Source: Muribaculaceae bacterium
Lineage (GTDB): Bacteria; Bacteroidota; Bacteroidia; Bacteroidales; Muribaculaceae
Direction: 5' to 3'
Length of the DNA: 24,000 bases
NCBI GenBank assembly: GCA_045596365.1
Contig: JAZOCE010000011.1
Span: 22,498 to 46,497, forward strand
The notes under the pieces were generated by a model. The model did no database searches, was not told where the DNA came from, and worked only from the letters and a program-made list of their open reading frames with translations. Below are positions 23,030 to 24,000 of this stretch, piece by piece (position 1 is the stretch's first letter; the number at the start of each line of letters is the position of its first letter). A program made the translations under genes and the position numbers.

Positions 23030-23110
23030 TGCTCGCAAAATAAAATCGTTAAACGATTATAATAATGCGAGCACTTTGTTCGTTATAAAGAAAACATTGA
23101 GTTAACCCAA

Positions 23111-23929
23111 ATGTATAAATTTAATATGAAATCACGTTTCGTGTATCTTGTCGTGTGCTTATCGGTTTTGTTAAGTGCATGCTCTGCTTCTAAGAATTCA
23201 TTAACCTATTTTGATGATATTAAAGGAATTGAGTCCGGTAGTGTTCCATCGACAGAGTATTCCGTAAAGATAATACCTAATGATGAATTATTCATAACAG
23301 TAACATCGTTAATCCCCCAAGCTACTGCTGCTTATAACTTGCCGATTTCTAATCCCGGAATATTGGAAGTGCTGAATGTAACAACTCAACCCCAACAGCA
23401 AACTTATATCGTGGATAACGCCGGTAATATTGATGTGCCACTTGTCGGTAAAGTCCATGTTGAAGGGCTTACAACACAGCAAATTAAAGAAAAATTAGTG
23501 GAACTTATAGGTAAAGATGTTGACGACCCGATAGTTCGCGTGGAATTGATGAATTTCCGTGTAAACGTGTTGGGAGAAGTAAAAAAACCAGGAGCTGTTT
23601 CGGTTAGAAGAGAACGTTATTCAGTGCTTGATGCTCTTGCTGATGCAGGCGATTTGACTGAATTTGGTGAACGCTCTAATGTGTTGCTAATCAGAGAGGA
23701 AAACGGCGCAAAGACATATCATCGGTTGAATTTGAATGAAGCGTCAACATTGTCTTCACCATATTTCTACTTGCAACAAAATGATGTGATTTATGTAGAA
23801 CCTAACGAAATCCGCAAAGACAATTCAAAATATAATCAAAATAACGCATTTAAACTCTCGGTGATTTCAACAATCGTGAGCGCTTGTTCAGTAATCGCTT
23901 CACTCGTAATCGCCCTAACAGTAAAATAA
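23111..23929 (+). CDS. polysaccharide export outer-membrane protein (Wza-like; Poly_export + SLBB)
   Basis: 272 aa. Lipoprotein signal VCLSVLLSAC/S, Poly_export-like IIPNDELFITV...YIVDNAGNIDVPLVGKVHVEGLT, an SLBB-like segment VLGEVKKPGAV, and a C-terminal hydrophobic helix. The start may instead be the ATG at 23126 (MKSRF). Confidence 0.85.
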   Translation: MYKFNMKSRFVYLVVCLSVLLSACSASKNSLTYFDDIKGIESGSVPSTEYSVKIIPNDELFITVTSLIPQATAAYNLPISNPGILEVLNVTTQPQQQTYIVDNAGNIDVPLVGKVHVEGLTTQQIKEKLVELIGKDVDDPIVRVELMNFRVNVLGEVKKPGAVSVRRERYSVLDALADAGDLTEFGERSNVLLIREENGAKTYHRLNLNEASTLSSPYFYLQQNDVIYVEPNEIRKDNSKYNQNNAFKLSVISTIVSACSVIASLVIALTVK

Positions 23930-23956
23930 TACTAATCTTGATATTGAATAATAGAT

Positions 23957-24000
23957 ATGGCAGTCAATACTAATAATAAGTTACAATCAAACAACATCAA
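23957..24000 (+). CDS. start of next ORF in the export operon (possibly chain-length determinant/tyrosine kinase by position only)
   Basis: ATG at 23957 opens MAVNTNNKLQSNNI... to the window edge. Only 14 codons are visible, so the functional guess rests on usual wza-wzc gene order. Confidence 0.3.
   Translation, partial: MAVNTNNKLQSNNI

Overview
This window reads as a Bacteroidales (Bacteroidota) chromosome. Nearly every transcription unit is preceded by the Bacteroidetes -7 promoter element TAnnTTTG, often as TTACCTTTGC. One protein ends in a T9SS C-terminal sorting domain. Most of the window is ordinary housekeeping: ettA (partial), def, ruvX, a lipidated Omp85/TamL-like protein, a HAD phosphatase, a YidE/YbjL-type transporter, thioredoxin, dapA, tRNA-Arg(TCT), folB, rnr, gyrB and tRNA-Pro(GGG). 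There are also glycosyltransferases (GT4, GT2) and the start of a wza-type polysaccharide export locus at the right edge. The non-ordinary part lies between tRNA-Arg and folB (about 9.6-16.8 kb). It holds an exported VanX-type D-Ala-D-Ala dipeptidase operon with an unknown lipoprotein and a TSCPD mini-protein. It also holds an AT-rich YafQ/RHH type II toxin-antitoxin cassette and a roughly 1400-aa T9SS cargo protein with an N-terminal Amidase_3-like domain. Three copies of one highly structured, imperfectly palindromic intergenic element bracket the TA cassette and the giant gene. That repeat family is my best candidate for something undescribed, either a structured sRNA or a MITE/REP-like element. 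One copy sits between a promoter-like box and a strong intrinsic terminator. I could not search databases, so novelty is unverified. I found no CRISPR array, integrase, transposase, reverse transcriptase or recognisable defence system.
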